From Anthoceros angustus (lineage: Eukaryota; Plantae; Anthocerotophyta): 64,000 bases of DNA. A program made the translations under genes and the position numbers. Location: contig VJWM01000107.1 in the NCBI GenBank assembly GCA_010909165.1, positions 930,001-994,000 on the forward strand, written 5' to 3'. Numbering within the stretch: position 1 is the first letter of the stretch; the number at the start of each line of letters is the position of its first letter. The notes beneath the pieces are model-generated. The model searched no databases, was not told the DNA's origin, and saw only the letters and a list, made by a program, of their open reading frames with translations. This document shows positions 1 to 13,399 of the stretch, piece by piece.

Positions 1-480
1 AGGGAGCTGGAACTTGGTGGCTGTCAGAAGGTGACGGATGAGGCCGTGAGTGCAATTGTCAGTTGGTGCCCCGGCCTCAAAGTCCTTAATTTGGACAATC
101 TGAACCTCCTCACAGATGCATCTCTGGAAACCATGGTGAACAGGGGAGTAAGCTTTGAGAAGCTGTCTTTGAAGCGTTGTAATTTCAGTGATGAGGCTTT
201 GGCCTGTCTTGTCACCTCTTTAGAAGACAAGCTCAAGCAACTGTCTGTGAACGCAGTTCGACAGGCAGGGGACCAAACTTTGCAGGCACTTGCTGCGCAC
301 TGCAAGACCTCGTTGGAAGAGCTGGATATCTCTTGGTGTCGCAGCATGACCGATGAATGTCTTGGTCTCCTTGCAGATTCGTGCCAGCGTCTTACAAAGC
401 TTACCCTCTACGGGTGCACTCAAGTCACAGAGGTCTTCACTAAAGGCCACTCCAACGCCAGTCTCGTCCTTGTTTCCTAG
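1..480 (+). CDS. RAD7: RAD7/rhp7-like RNI-type LRR protein, 3' part (5' end outside window)
   Basis: Frame is open from base 1 (RELELGGCQKVTDEAV...). It ends LEELDISWCRSMTDECLGLLADSCQRLTKLTLYGCTQVTEVFTKGHSN, the C-terminal signature of plant RAD7-like LRR proteins. Paralogous to 27604-28935. Confidence 0.75.
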   Translation, partial: RELELGGCQKVTDEAVSAIVSWCPGLKVLNLDNLNLLTDASLETMVNRGVSFEKLSLKRCNFSDEALACLVTSLEDKLKQLSVNAVRQAGDQTLQALAAHCKTSLEELDISWCRSMTDECLGLLADSCQRLTKLTLYGCTQVTEVFTKGHSNASLVLVS

Positions 481-1667
481 GTCCTCAGGCCAAAAATCTT
501 CAGAACTTGGGTCTAGTGCCTAAGCAGACGATGGGACATTCCACGATGAATCTCTTAGGTATATGGGAGAAAAAGCTTTTCTAAAAACATTTATGATAGG
601 AATCTCTTTGATGAAATTTACTGGGTTTTCTCACTTGCCTATTCTGAAAGTCAGAATACCAAGTGTTTTGGATTTCCTCCTGCTGAGTTCCGTAAAGGGA
701 AGGTCTTGGCGCGTAAGTAAAGGGAGGGTTTTATCATGTCGGAAGGAGGTGGTGCCGTGCCAAAACCGTAAACTCTGGCACGATTAGTTGGTGGTAGCAT
801 TTGCGAGTAATCACACAGCCCTTGCCCCTGCCCCTGCCCCTGCCCATTGAATGTGCTACTAGTGCGTATGTGGACACATATGAAAATATTAATACTGATG
901 CACAATTAGTTACTAGATGATGGTATTCCACCTCATATGTCTCTAGAGAGCTTTCCTCCCATTTCAAAAGATGTGTATATATAGAGAGTTTTAGTTTGGA
1001 GTATTATTTTCATTTTTACTATTTAATACTCAGATACATTTTTGAGAAAAAAGAACATAAGCTTTCATAGATGACATGAGTAAATTTTTATCGAAATTTA
1101 TGCTTACCAAGTAATTTTATGATAATATAAATATTATTATATATACTTGAAATATTATTTTAAATATTTATTAAATTAAATTACATAGTAATATATATTT
1201 TGGACCTTCATCTCCCCATAATTATTATAGTGATGTGGATTCTAAACATAGCTTTTCTACATTTTGGGGACGATTCATTCTTCTTTAGGTAAAAAAATTG
1301 CTCCATGACTTGGTACTTGGTGGTGGATGGGTGATCCCATCCCTGTGATGGAAATGTGAGTTGGATATGGAAAATATGAAATTGACATACCTGTAAAAAG
1401 GATGCATGGATAAAAATAAATTGAAAGCGGAAAGAAGGGAAATGGTTATTGGCAGAGACGGACTGCGCAAGAAGCAAGTGGCGTCCAGCTTGCCAGTGCC
1501 AACGCCGATGCCAATGCCGTACCTAACCGCAATGGGAACCAGTTACAGCAGGGGTCCAGGGAGCGGGGTTCCTAAAGGCCCGGTGGCGACTTTGACGGAA
1601 ACTGAAACCGAATGAGCGTGCACCATTTGCTGGCTTTGGAGGGAGGAGTTAGAACTTAAACCCTGGC

Positions 1668-1681
1668 TTGCCTGGACCTGG

Positions 1682-1715
<34 letters not shown>

Positions 1716-1745
1716 TTGCCTGTGCCTTTGCCTTTGCCTTTGCCT
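1668..1745. repeat. 6-bp microsatellite (CCTGAG)n grading into (CCTTTG)n
   Basis: Read directly: cctgggcctgagcctgagcc...cctttgcctgtgcctttgcctttg. Confidence 0.85.
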
Positions 1746-3748
1746 TTCCTGCTCATCTTCTTTGCCAGGCCCAAACCGAAACCGAATCCACGCGCTGAGC
1801 CTGCTCGGGCCGGCCATCTCATCTCCTCTCCACTCCAATTGCACCGGACTCTGCTCGCCCGCTCGCAGCAGCGCCAAAACCCTCGCTTGTCCCCTCCCCT
1901 GGCCTGCCAGCCTCCAGGCCGGGGGCGCTCCCCCCGCTTTCCCCCCGCGGGACGAAGGTTCGCGGCACGGGGCTGTGCGCTGCTCCGCCCGCCCCGCCCC
2001 GCTCTGCGCTCCAGCATGCTGTGCGCCCGGATCCCTGCCCGCCCTCCAAGGTAACACGCGCATTGAGCCGTTTGCAGGACAAGAACATGCAGCAGGCGGA
2101 GCTTGCCCCGCGGGGTGCTGGGAGGGAGGGAGAGAGGGAGGGAGGGAGGGAAGGAGGATGGGAGGGGAGAGGAGAGGAGAGGAGAGGAGGAATCGGATGG
2201 AGTGGAGTGGAGTGGAGTAGAGGTGTAAGGGAGGCCGATGTGGGAGGTTTGCTGCTTCTTAGATGCCGGCAGGAGCCGGGGCGGGGCCAAGATTATCTTT
2301 CCATGACAATTGGGTGCCGGTTTCGCAGATCCTGGTGTGCACGCCCCGGCATTTGGAGTGCGCCGGTGTGCTGTTAGTGTGAGCGTGGCTGCGGCAGGGA
2401 TGTTGAAAGGTACCGTGCACGGCGCGGGGTCTGCATCTGGTTGCGGTTTGTGTTCATTCCGGGTTGGGGATGGGGGCCTAAACCCTTGACTTTGGGGCCT
2501 GCCTGTTGCAGGTCGGGAAGCGGGGAGAGGCATGTGAGGCTTCGTTCTGATTGCTGTGTCGAGGCAATTGTGACGCAACTCAGCTCGTGCTTGCTGGATG
2601 AGTGTGGCGGAGGTGGAGGCTTTGGGAGTGGAGTGGAGTGGAGTGCAGTGGAGTGAAGTGGGGTCTTGACCGTCTCGCATTTTGGACTGACAGGTGGGAA
2701 GCTGGTGCGTGGATGTGATGAGGAGGGCGCTCGGGTGGTAGCTGTGGTGCCATCGCGCGGATCGGGAAGTTTTGCTGGCGGATTTCGCGTGCCGGGCGTG
2801 TTCCGGGTAGGGGGTGGTAGGAGCTGGAGGTGGGTTTGGTGGACGCGCTGGAGTGAGGATGGCTGGACCGTTGAGATCTTCTTTTGCAGGATGTGGGAGC
2901 GCGTTTGCTAGTCCCTGACTTTGGTTGATTCTTGTGCAGTGGGGGGCGGCCTTTGGCGCTGGATATTCTTGACGAGGCAGCGCATCGTTGGGAGATGCTG
3001 TTCGCCGTGGGCGGGAGACGGGGATGGTAGAAGTAGTATGGAATGGATTAGTTCCGGAGGCGTGGAGGATCGGCTTGGCTGGATGTGCTTGATCAGAATT
3101 GATTAAGGTGGGACTTACAGATGGCTCCGTCTTTCTCCCTTCAAGGTGATCTTGCTTGCCGACTTCCACACTACCTGATTGACTGCTTGTTGCTGTGTAA
3201 AGCCCTCCGGCTGCATCTCGGTCTATCGGTGGCTGCACGCTTTCTCATCTGTAAATTCGTTTTCCCATGTAGCTGACAATCAGCGCTTGGATTAGCAACA
3301 CCGCAACCTGAGACTACTGGTGTTGGGTGTATGTCAATGTGCCCAGGTGCACATGGACTGCGGCTGGACTGATGGAGGCACGAGGTCGGAGAGTAGGTGG
3401 TGGTTTCCCGGGGTACAATGGACCGGCCCTTCCCCGAGCAATGCGATCGGCTCGTGTATGCTCATTCCTACCATTCGTCTTTTCAATTTTTCCTGCAATC
3501 CTTCTTTTCAGCAGTTCTGCTTCTGCTTATTTTATTTACTAGGAGCAGGAAATGGCCTCCACTCAGGTGGTTGAGCCTCATACATTCTTGAAGGCCTGTC
3601 CGCTGCTCTGTTTGTGCTGGTTGTATTCACTTCTGTCTGGTCTGTTTGCTTCTAGGGCCGTGGAGAGGCTGGTCGACAGACATCAGAGATAGGCGGACGA
3701 GCTGGCTTTTTTGAACTGCTCGCAACTGTTGCAGGGCAATTTTTGCAG

Positions 3749-6700
3749 GATGCAAGTGTCGGGCAAGAGCAGGACAGTGACAAGCTTAAGCAGAAATGCT
3801 CGCAGGTTGCAGACAGTATGCTGGTCACATCTAACCAGAAGCTTCAAAATGGAAACTCTCCCTGCTTGGGACCGTGTCATTCAGGGTCAGAGGACAGGGA
3901 CATGTGGAAGCATAATGTTGCACTTTCTAAGCAGAATAGCCTTCCTGGAGGGGCGCCTTTAGCTGCAAACTCATGTGACAGTAGCGTTGCTGTCCAGCAG
4001 AACACAGCGGCTGTGAAGGAAGATCAATTACTTGAAAGTGGTGCCAGTCCTTTCAGCAATATCAGTTGTGAGGTCGTGTCCTCTGAAGCTATAGATCTTG
4101 TGGAAGGTGGTGCAGCGAAGTCATCTCAAGCACTTGGAGGATGCAGCTATGATGGAAAGGTTTTGAACGGTGATTGTCACTCCGGGACGGCCTGTGCTCA
4201 TCGAGAGATTGACAACATTGAGAACCTGGAGAATGGGGGGAACCTTGTAGCGCAGGGTGAAATGCCTGGTTTGTGTAAAACTAGTGAGATGCTGCATAAC
4301 CAGACTATGGATGGAACCGATCATTGCTTGTGTAATATGCTTTGGGAGGAAAGTCATTCATGTGATATAGCTAGTGATGCGCAGGACCACATTCAGAGCC
4401 TGTCAAAGGATTCCAGGGGCCCAAACTCTGATTCCTGTGATGGTACAGCAGTTGTCAAGGAAGAAACAGTAGAGCAGGTCTCCAGTAGGCAAACCCCTGT
4501 ACAGCAATCATTGGATGTAGTGAAGGACCATGGTGATGTGAGTATAGATGTAAATATGGATGCTAGGATGGATCTTGAGGATTATGTGGAATCGAATCGA
4601 CATGTGTGCATAGCGGATAAGAAATTGGACAACACCATGTGTGAGAGCCAGGATTTGAAACCAGTGGTAGATGCTGGCAACTCTTTGTCCGTCAATGTAA
4701 GTAGCATTGAGGAAGCAGTGGGTTCCGAGGAAGCAGAGCAGGGCGGTACACAGAGTAAGTATACTATGCAGGAAGATCCTGGTGAAATACGCCTTGTGGA
4801 TCATCTTGCAGAAAAGAAGGTCTGCAGGGGACTACGGCGAAAGACATCTGATTCGTTAAGAGAGGCGAATATGAAGGATTCTTATGCCAAGGGTTTAAAA
4901 GCAAGGAAATTGGCAAAGGTTGCTAGACGTACTCGTGGCTCAGGGTCCTGTTCAAAACGGAAGCATGCAGAAATGGAACTGCAGTCAGATACAGGTAACA
5001 ATCTGAGGACCTTTGGTCTGTTGGCTTACGTTTCTTATATTGTTTGCCGTTTGCTTTTTTGCCTCTGCCTGCATATACACAGTAGGTGGCCATCATCATA
5101 CTATTTTGTGAGGTATCTTGTTTGTCTGTGGTGAGAGCTGCACATACATTGATTAGTTTGCACTTTTGGAGTGTCAGATGTGGTTCATGGCAAAAGGGGT
5201 TTTTTTGGAGATATCGCATTTACCCGACAACGGACATCCAGATCCTTTTCAGCGAAAAGGAAGAAGATGGAGGAGGGAACTGACAATCTTCTCCCTAACC
5301 TGGAGCTCAACGGTAAACCCCTTACAGTGGAATGCGCTGATGGTGAGCCACCTGCTGCCGCGGCCAAGTTACGCAGTGGTGGGACCTTGTCACCTGTCTG
5401 TCGACCCCTTTCGACCCTTCACCTCTGACTTTAAGCTGCTGTCTGACATTTTTGAGTTGGTTCTGTAGCCAAAGCGGCAAGTGTGGCATCTTCTCCGACT
5501 GCAGGTCCGTCAAAACTGCCATCCAAGAAATCGGCTGAGCCACATGGTGTGTTACCATCGTGTTTACCTTCTGGTTGTGAATCTAGCAGAAAATGATCAG
5601 TTTGAATGTCAAATGTGGTGCCGCTGATTACCTCCTTCTCTCAGTTGTTTTGTTTGGTTGTATTGGTGGCCCAACTGCCTTCCTAATTGGTTCCTGATGG
5701 ACTGCAGTTAAGTTGAGTATCAAGTCCTTCACTGTTCCCGAGTTTTTAGTTGATCTGCCAGAATCGGCAACTGTTGCAAATCTGAAGGTATTGCAAGCTC
5801 TGCATTCGAACTAACTACATCTGCCTTTGTGACTTTGTTTGTGCAATGTTTTGACGTATGATGAGGTCCAGCTGCATTTGCTCCAGTTTTGACCGCGGCA
5901 CTTTTTTATTGTTGCACAGAGGGCAGTAATGGACGCTGCTATGGAACTTCTAGGTGGAGGTCTAAGGGTTCGTGTGCTTCTTCAAGGAAAGAAAGTTCCA
6001 GATGAAGGTGTCAGTCTGGGGCAGATGGGAATCTCCAGACATGGGAAGCCTGAATCCCTTGGTTTCATGCTGGAACCCAGTCCTGTTCCCCCATCTCCCA
6101 CCGCTGCTGAGGATCCTCTTCTGGTGCTGTCCCGGGCTGCTGCTCAGCCATCTCCACGGTATGTCAAGTCCTCAAGTTTATGATAGTGTGAGAGCTGGAG
6201 ATGCAGAGAGTTGGGTGTGTTGTGTATACATGAGATTTTGCTCTAGTTAGTTGTGAATGGTATATTGTCAGCCAGGACTTCTAACCAATGCTCCTCTGGT
6301 GGCACATCGAGGCATGCGGGATTTTAGGGTTGTCATTTTAACAAAACAACTAATTAGTGCGCTTGGTTTTCCAGGTATCCTGTGTTTACTGTGCCAGGGC
6401 TGCCTGTGATGGGAGATGCTGGTCGTGCTCCTTGCAAGAGTAGAGCAAACAAGGGCAGCAGTGTGCTGGAAGCTGATGGTGCGTTCGGAACGGTGGCGTG
6501 TGAGCAGCAAATAGTTGGGGATCCGAATGGGCTGTCGTTTGCGGTCGAACCCGATGATTCAACAAATGGTTGCAATGGTTCAAAATGTAAGTCTACTACT
6601 GGGGACAGAATGTCTCTTTCACCTCACTGCACTGGTGTTGCTGCTGCGGGAGCCTTAGCTGCAATAAGAGCACAGGCAAATGTCCGCCAATGAGCTAAGT

Positions 6701-7343
6701 CAGAAACTGTGTCTGATGCAGCTCTGCCACATGATCCATCGGATGATTCATTGGTTTCAGCTTCTGGAGCCATCATTCTGCATCCAAGCATGGGGGGCGA
6801 GAATATGCAAGGCATGGCCTTAGTACCAGTCAGGCAAAAACTGCGCGCCATTGATACCAGCAAAAGGAGGATAAGGAGACCGTTCAGTGTAGCAGAAGTT
6901 GAAGCCCTGGTGCATGCAGTTGAGAAACTTGGAACTGGCAGGTGGGACTGTAATGGTTTGTCCATGCTGAATGTATCATTGCTGGACAATGCTGAGCTCC
7001 TGATGCTTTGAAATTTGTTTCTGCTCAGGTGGCGAGATGTAAAGTTGCGTGCCTTTGATCAGGCCAAGCATCGGACATATGTGGATTTGAAGGTACTAGG
7101 CTGTGAGCCTGCGTGATGCTGCTTACCATATAAACTGGCAGATTTCTTGCTTTGCAGACTGTAATTTCACTCACTTATTTTTGGCAACAGGACAAATGGA
7201 AGACTCTTGTTCATACAGCTCGAATTGCTCCCCACCAACGCAGGGGGGAGCCTGTTCCACAGGAGTTGCTGGAGCGTGTCACCCGAGCACACACCTATTG
7301 GGCAGCACAGCAAGCAAAGCAGCAAGCTGACCTTGATTTCTAA
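3749..7343 (+). CDS. TRFL: Telomere repeat-binding protein, TRFL/TRP family (ubiquitin-like domain plus C-terminal telobox Myb). Exons 3749-4993, 5178-5342, 5469-5546, 5708-5787, 5920-6158, 6375-6586, 6761-6941, 7029-7092, 7191-7343; 5' exon(s) not resolved
   Basis: GT-AG junctions join in frame: HVKLSIKSFTVPE...LGGGLRVRVLLQGKKV...LGFMLEP, then KRRIRRPFSVAEVEALVHAVEKLGTGRWRDVKLRAFDQAKHRTYVDLKDKWKTLVHTARIAPHQRRGEPVPQELLERV. Confidence 0.92.
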
Positions 7344-8587
7344 GTCTCAACGCAAATCACAAGTTCACCTCATGCCATACTGCTGAGAGTGCGAGGTCTC
7401 TTGGGTGTCTGTACAGTTATTTCTTGATTGATTAGTTAGCTCCTTTGCCTTGGAATTCTTGGGGTATTGGCATGTACCATGCATTATTTATGCGTATTCA
7501 TATAGCTGTGTAGTTAGCGTCCAGGTAGAGAATCGATGAGACCTGCTGATACTAACCACAACCTGACTTTGCCCGGTATGTGGTACTGGTATGTCACCCA
7601 ACTACAAAATGAAGCTATGGCCGAAGACTTGTGTCGGGTACATTCTCTCGCTCTTCATCTTCTGTTGGTGGAATCATGGGGTGAAGTCATCTCAGCATGG
7701 TACTCTCGCATTAGAGGTTAGCACAGGACAGGGACTAGGAATCTGCCGACAATACCAGTGCAGGGCTTGCTATCGTGTTTCTTGTGAATCACAGGAGATC
7801 GCGAGTTTCTAGCGACTTGCGCATTCTGCAAATTATGTACAGGGGTAACTTACCCCAGGATCTTGTGAATTACTGATATTACGATAGAAGCGGTCGGTCC
7901 ATGTTCGTGATTCAAACTCCAGATCATAAGTTTCATCCGTTTACCAAGTCTCTTTCCATAGGAAACGTGAAGAGTCCTGACGTCGGAAACACTTGAGTTT
8001 CAATCCCAGGCACAGGCCGCCTTCGATTTGTGCGCTGCGCTCCTTGAGTTCAATGCCATTCCTACTTGTGGGATGCATATAGGTTTTTTCAGATAAACCT
8101 TTCAAAACGCTTTATATGGTCAGGTATGTACGTGCGACTCCCCCATATTTACGTTATATCTCCCATGCGATTGTCGCTCACACCTCCTCCTGCTGTGTCT
8201 ATCACACTCATACAAGGCTGATGGCACCAACGGCCAAACATTGCTACCATGCCTCTAGTTGCCACTGCGCCTCCGGTTGCCACCACGCCTCCACTGGCCC
8301 CGGTTGGCACCATGCTACGGTCCCAATGTCTGCGCGGCAGCATGCGCGTGGCAGCCCATTTCTTTCTGTGCATCCCGCCGGTGGTGCCATTGTGGCTAAC
8401 AGTTGTCACCGACAAGCGTGTAGTAATGCACTTCTTTTTGTGCATCTCTCAGGTTTATCGGCATGACAGCAAGCCATGCTTATCATATTCGTCACAACCG
8501 ACAGCGCTCGCCGTCAAGGGTTATCCATTGGACTGGGGCCCTCGCGAGCATGGCGACCATACCATGGCAGCCACGGCCAAACGCAAA

Positions 8588-8665
8588 ATCCTAAACCCCC
8601 TAAACCCTAAATGTAAACCCTCAACTACAATTAAACCGCTTGTAAACCCTCAACTACCCCTAAAC
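8588..8665 (+). repeat. Degenerate plant-telomere-like (CCCTAAA/TAAACCC) cluster
   Basis: cctaaaccccctaaaccctaaatgtaaaccctc...taaaccctc...ccctaaa. Confidence 0.5.
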
Positions 8666-9129
8666 TACATCTTGAAAGGTATGGTTATCATACATGAAGC
8701 ATATCAAACGTGCTGTGAAATAGACCCTTTCATGTATGAGGTATAATGTACAATAGGTGCTAGCCGCATGTCAAACTTCGACAGGCTAATATTAACAAAG
8801 ACAATGTTATGAAATATTTCATGTGGCATCCAATGGCTTTCACGACTCTCGGCGACACCTTTGTTTCTGAAAGGGTGTCTAAAGAGTTCCAACTCACAAC
8901 ACTGTCCCAAACGTTTCACAAGTTCTTGGGTTCTAAAAATGGCAACATTGGCAAAGACACCATGGAGTTTAATATGGCCATCCGCCATAGAAATTGGTTC
9001 AAATCGTAAAATATGGACAAATATAGTAGACAAAACTGTAGAGTACAGAGAAGTTATCATAGGGATTTTAAAACTCTAGCGTTTCGTTCCAAGGATCCGA
9101 ATGGATATGCTTTACTTTTTCAACTGTCT

Positions 9130-9590
9130 CACACACGTTGGCATTTCGAAACAGTACAGCAGAAAAGAATGACTTCCCATGGAGTTTCGAGGAAAAGAAT
9201 GGAAAGAATAATCAGGAAAAAATATGGCATAAATGCTCATGATGGAGGAATTTTGTAACATACGCACAATTAGTGTGCAACACTTTTGTAAACGCAGCTT
9301 ATTGTCTCATGTTATACGCAGATATGTCTAGCATATTTATACATCTGACGTGAGTTTTGTAAATCGTGGGATATGATTTCATTCAGACTGCCTGCGTTAA
9401 TAGCATATGATGTGGCAGTTCGAACGTTTTCTGCTAGCCTCAAATGATTGAGAGCATCCGGAGAGTCTGTCTTCTGGAAGGTAGACCACAAGCCCATTTT
9501 CTGAGAAAACGAGTGCACATCGAAACCTGCAAACGCGAACATCAATAGGGCATACATTTAGAGCTTGGCAAAAGAGCAAGGTTTTACGTT
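9130..9590 (-). pseudogene. Degenerate copy of the DHAR last exon and 3' flank
   Basis: Near-identical blocks shared with 15960-16630, e.g. gagagcatccggagagtctgtcttctggaag and gggatatgatttcattcag. Frameshifted FQKTDSPDAL. Confidence 0.8.
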
Positions 9591-9642
9591 TTACATTTCC
9601 ATTTTTTGGAGCTAACTTTTTGCTTCATGCAAGTATTAGTCT

Positions 9643-10396
9643 ATTATCAGATTATCAGATGATCAGATTATCAGATTATCAGATTATCAGATTATCAGAT
9701 TATCAGATTATCAGATTATCAGATTATCAGATTATCAGATTATCAGATTATCAAATTATCAGATTATCAGATTATCAGATTATCACATTATCAGATTATC
9801 AGATTATCAGATTATCAGATTATCAGATTATCAGATTATCAGATTATCGATTATCGATTGCAGTTATCGGTTATCAGATTATCAGATTATCGATTGTCAG
9901 ATTATCAGATTATCACATCAGATTATCAGATTATCGATTATCAGATTATCAGATTATCAGATTATCGATTATCAGATTGTCGATTATCAGATTATCAGAT
10001 TATCAGATTATCAGATTATCAGATTATCAGATTATCAGATTAGCAGATTAGCAGATTAGCAGATTAGCAGATTAGCAGATTAGCAGATTAGCAGATTAGC
10101 ATATTAGCATATTAGCATATTAGCATATTAGCATATTAGCATATTAGCATATTAGCATATTAGCATATTAGCATATTAGCATATTAGCATAATAGCATAT
10201 TAGCATATTAGCATATTAGCATATTAGCATATTAGCATATTATATTAGCATATTAGCATATTATATATTAGCATATTAGCATATTAGCATATTAGCATAT
10301 TAGCATATTAGCATATTAGCATATTAGCATATTAGCATATTAGCATATTAGCATATTAGCATATTAGCAGATTAACATATTAGCATATTAGCAGAT
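9643..10396. repeat. 8-bp tandem array (ATTATCAG)n > (ATTAGCAG)n > (ATTAGCAT)n
   Basis: About 750 bp read directly; the unit switches near 10039 and near 10100. Confidence 0.97.
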
Positions 10397-10902
10397 TTTC
10401 GCCTTCCTTGAATCTGGCTATGCCCTCGCCTTGCATGGATGGTGGTATTTCGTTATTTACCAACCAATCAGGTCACACGCTTCCAAAAAGAACAATTTTC
10501 GAGATACATCTTCATGTTCTCGAGATAATTTAGCTACCTGAGTATATTGTGTAGTCCCCTGGGCACTAATTTTTATTACTTTAAATTTGCCAAATTGATT
10601 GAACCTCGTTGGGATGGTTTTTTTTGTTATTGGTAGACCACATTGCCTATCCCATATAGAAATGTTCTCTCTTAGTTTCTTCTGTGTTAGTGCCAATCTG
10701 CACAGTTGCTTATGTTTTTTTCCATTAGCTATCTAACGCTGTCAAGTAGGTAATCATGGAGCTGACGCTAATGGCTAACAAGGATCCGAAAATTTTGGTT
10801 AGTAGGACCATTACAAGGATGAAACAAAAGTCGCAATCGGATCACTTTGCTCTTGAATAGAACTCATAGAAGCAATTGGATGGTGAAAAGATAATCATCT
10901 CT

Positions 10903-11236
10903 CCTCAAGTACATCGGCTTTATAAACAGAAAGGCCTTACTGTTGGTATTATAGGATGGTACATAGTGTTGTATTGAAACAGCTATTTCAAGAGCGTAAA
11001 CACTATCAAGATTGATACACAATAACTCACATGTAAATGGGTATGAACTTGAAAGTGCAGGTGAATTACCTCAAGTACATCGGCTTTATAAACAGAAAGG
11101 CCTTACTGTTGGTATTATACGATGGTACATAGTGTTGTATTGAAACAGCTATTTCAAGAGCGTAAACACTATCAAGATTGATACACAATAACTCACATGT
11201 AAATGGGTATGAACTTGAAAGTGCAGGTGAATTACC
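10903..11236. repeat. Two-copy tandem duplication, period about 167 bp
   Basis: cctcaagtacatcggctttataaacagaaagg...gcaggtgaattac occurs at 10903 and again at 11069. Confidence 0.9.
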
Positions 11237-13399
11237 TTTTTTTAGCTTTTATTCGCTTGCAGGCCTGATAAGGCATTTCATTTGTTGTCTGAAGAAGAAG
11301 TGAATGAGTTACTTTCTAACTAATGAGTCTACCATCATAACATGGGCTGAATTTGCTAACCTTTAGAAAGAATGTGCACAGATTGCAACTGGACGTGGCC
11401 GAGATAAGAGCTGCACCACATGAGACAAGCGACTCTGCAAATAGAGCCCTTTGCGTGAGGTCTATTGGACTTTTTTTCTTCTGCCTCTATGGTAACTTTG
11501 GTTGGTATCGATATAAGGACAAGAATTTTGGCGTTGATGGTGAAGATGGGGAATATTTTATGTACTTTGCAACATAAAATGTTTACGCTACAACTGTCTG
11601 ACGAGTACTTTCTATTGGTCGCAGATCACTGAACTAATCAAATTGCAAGGCTCAGGTTGTGAAATTGGGGGTGTCGGGCGGGAAGGGTTGGCTATGTAGT
11701 TTATTTTTTCCCATGGTGTTTTCTTTCTCCTTTTCTCCCACTCTTGTAGCTCGCCTTCCCCCTTTCATTTTTCCCAGATTTCTTTGCTTGCCTTTGCGCC
11801 GCACTTGCACAACATCATGGTTTTTCTTGCTTAGGATTAGGTCCTTAGCTGCATCTTGTTTGCATTGCTTATCTACTCTGCCTCTTTTCGCAGCCTTCCA
11901 ATTGTGTTTCTGCTTTGCCATCATGTTGATGGCCTTCGTTTTCCATTAGAACCTGCTTATAGCCTTGTCTATTGCTGTTTTGTGGCTCTTGTTCATAGTT
12001 TTTCGTTTACATTTCCTGTTGTGCTTTCCCTTTGTTCGCGGCGCTTATTCGTCGATGTTCGTTCACGTTTCCTGTTTGCTGTGTTGTGCTTTCCCTCTGT
12101 TTGCGACCTTGTCCATATTCGGCGTGTCCTTGCGTTTCTAATCTTTTAGCGGCTCGTTCAAAGAGTTGGGGTTTTTGTTTTCACACCTTAACTTGCTACT
12201 TGGATCTCTGGCATCTTAATATAGTTTTGTTGGTTTAACCCTATTATGGTGTTGCGTATGCTGGTACCGAGTACTTTGGTGCAGGTTTAAGTGGCTAAGT
12301 TGCAACATCTTCCCTTTGTATTGAAAGTCAGTTGGTTTACGGAATAGATTTTTGTGCTAACAACCATAAGCGGTTTTTGATTTCCTTACATGTTTGGTTG
12401 CTAATCGTATCTTCTAACACGTTTGAAGTTTTATATGTCTAGTTTAGAGTTTTTTAGATAAAATATTTATATAAAATTAAATATCTTTTTACTATGAAGT
12501 AAATCCTCTCTCTTAATCCCACAAGTACGGAGAATTTTAAGATCTCTTTGGAATTCATTGCTTGGAAAACATTCACGGTTGAGATTGGAGATCATAAATC
12601 GTGTGTTTGGTATGGAATGTAGAGCTCATCAAGCTATACACTATGAGTACTCAAACCGGATGAGGAGTTTCTAGATCGGAACAATATGAACACTAAATTG
12701 GTCACCACCTACGAGACACAATTTCAATTCCTGCCTAGATTTGCATTATTGGTTACTACCCACGAGACACAATTTCTATTCTTGCCTTGATTTGTATCAT
12801 TGCTTAGGGCTGAAATCGTTTTGGGCTTGCCTACGCAATGGATTGCGGGGACTCTCCTCCCACATCAAACCATGGTATTTCATACATCCACAACCAGACA
12901 TCATAATTCGGGTTAAAATTCGGATCCGAAGCCTCTTCTTTTTGCTGCCATATGCTGGCTGCATAGGCAGCGGATTGGTTGGTTAGCAGTTGGTTGGTTG
13001 GTTGGTTGGTCGGTTGGTAGTTGGTTGTCATAGGGTTCTTGTAGCCTCAACTACACTTTTACCATGGTTTTGATTCCTTCAACATCCAGTTTATGATTCT
13101 ATGAGCATATTACTCTCGGTCATCACCCTAAGCTTAGCCATGGAGCACACCCGATGATATTGGAGGATCGGGTCTACAAAACACCATCTCAAACCCTAAT
13201 ATATGATCATCCTAGTTTCCCATATAGTCCCGAAACCCCCAAGCACTCACTTTGAAGGCTCCGTCCTTGTTTTGAGTTAACTTTCACCATTGAAGCGCGC
13301 GGGTCGGCTCGTAACGAGGCCGCGCCTTTACGTGAGCAAAATGTCGGCGCGGCTCGTACCGAGGTCGTAAGCAGAATGTGGGCCTGACTGCCTAGAGTC

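Noticed and set aside
1649-3238. 529 aa minus-strand ORF
   Set aside because: Low-complexity Pro/Ser/Gly translation across microsatellites in a GC-rich leader region; no domain. Likely a chance open frame.
6691-6693. In-frame TGA between TRFL ORFs 6382-6693 and 6709-7011, suggesting a pseudogene or readthrough
   Set aside because: A phase-compatible GT-AG intron at 6587-6760 (gtaagt...tttcag) removes it and keeps the frame.
9620-10051. ORF with repeated IIRLSDYQ
   Set aside because: Translation of the 8-bp satellite, which lacks stops in that frame.
9643-10396. Regular repeats as a possible CRISPR array (also 47738-47980 and 63585-64000)
   Set aside because: No unique spacers, no cas genes, and a eukaryotic context.
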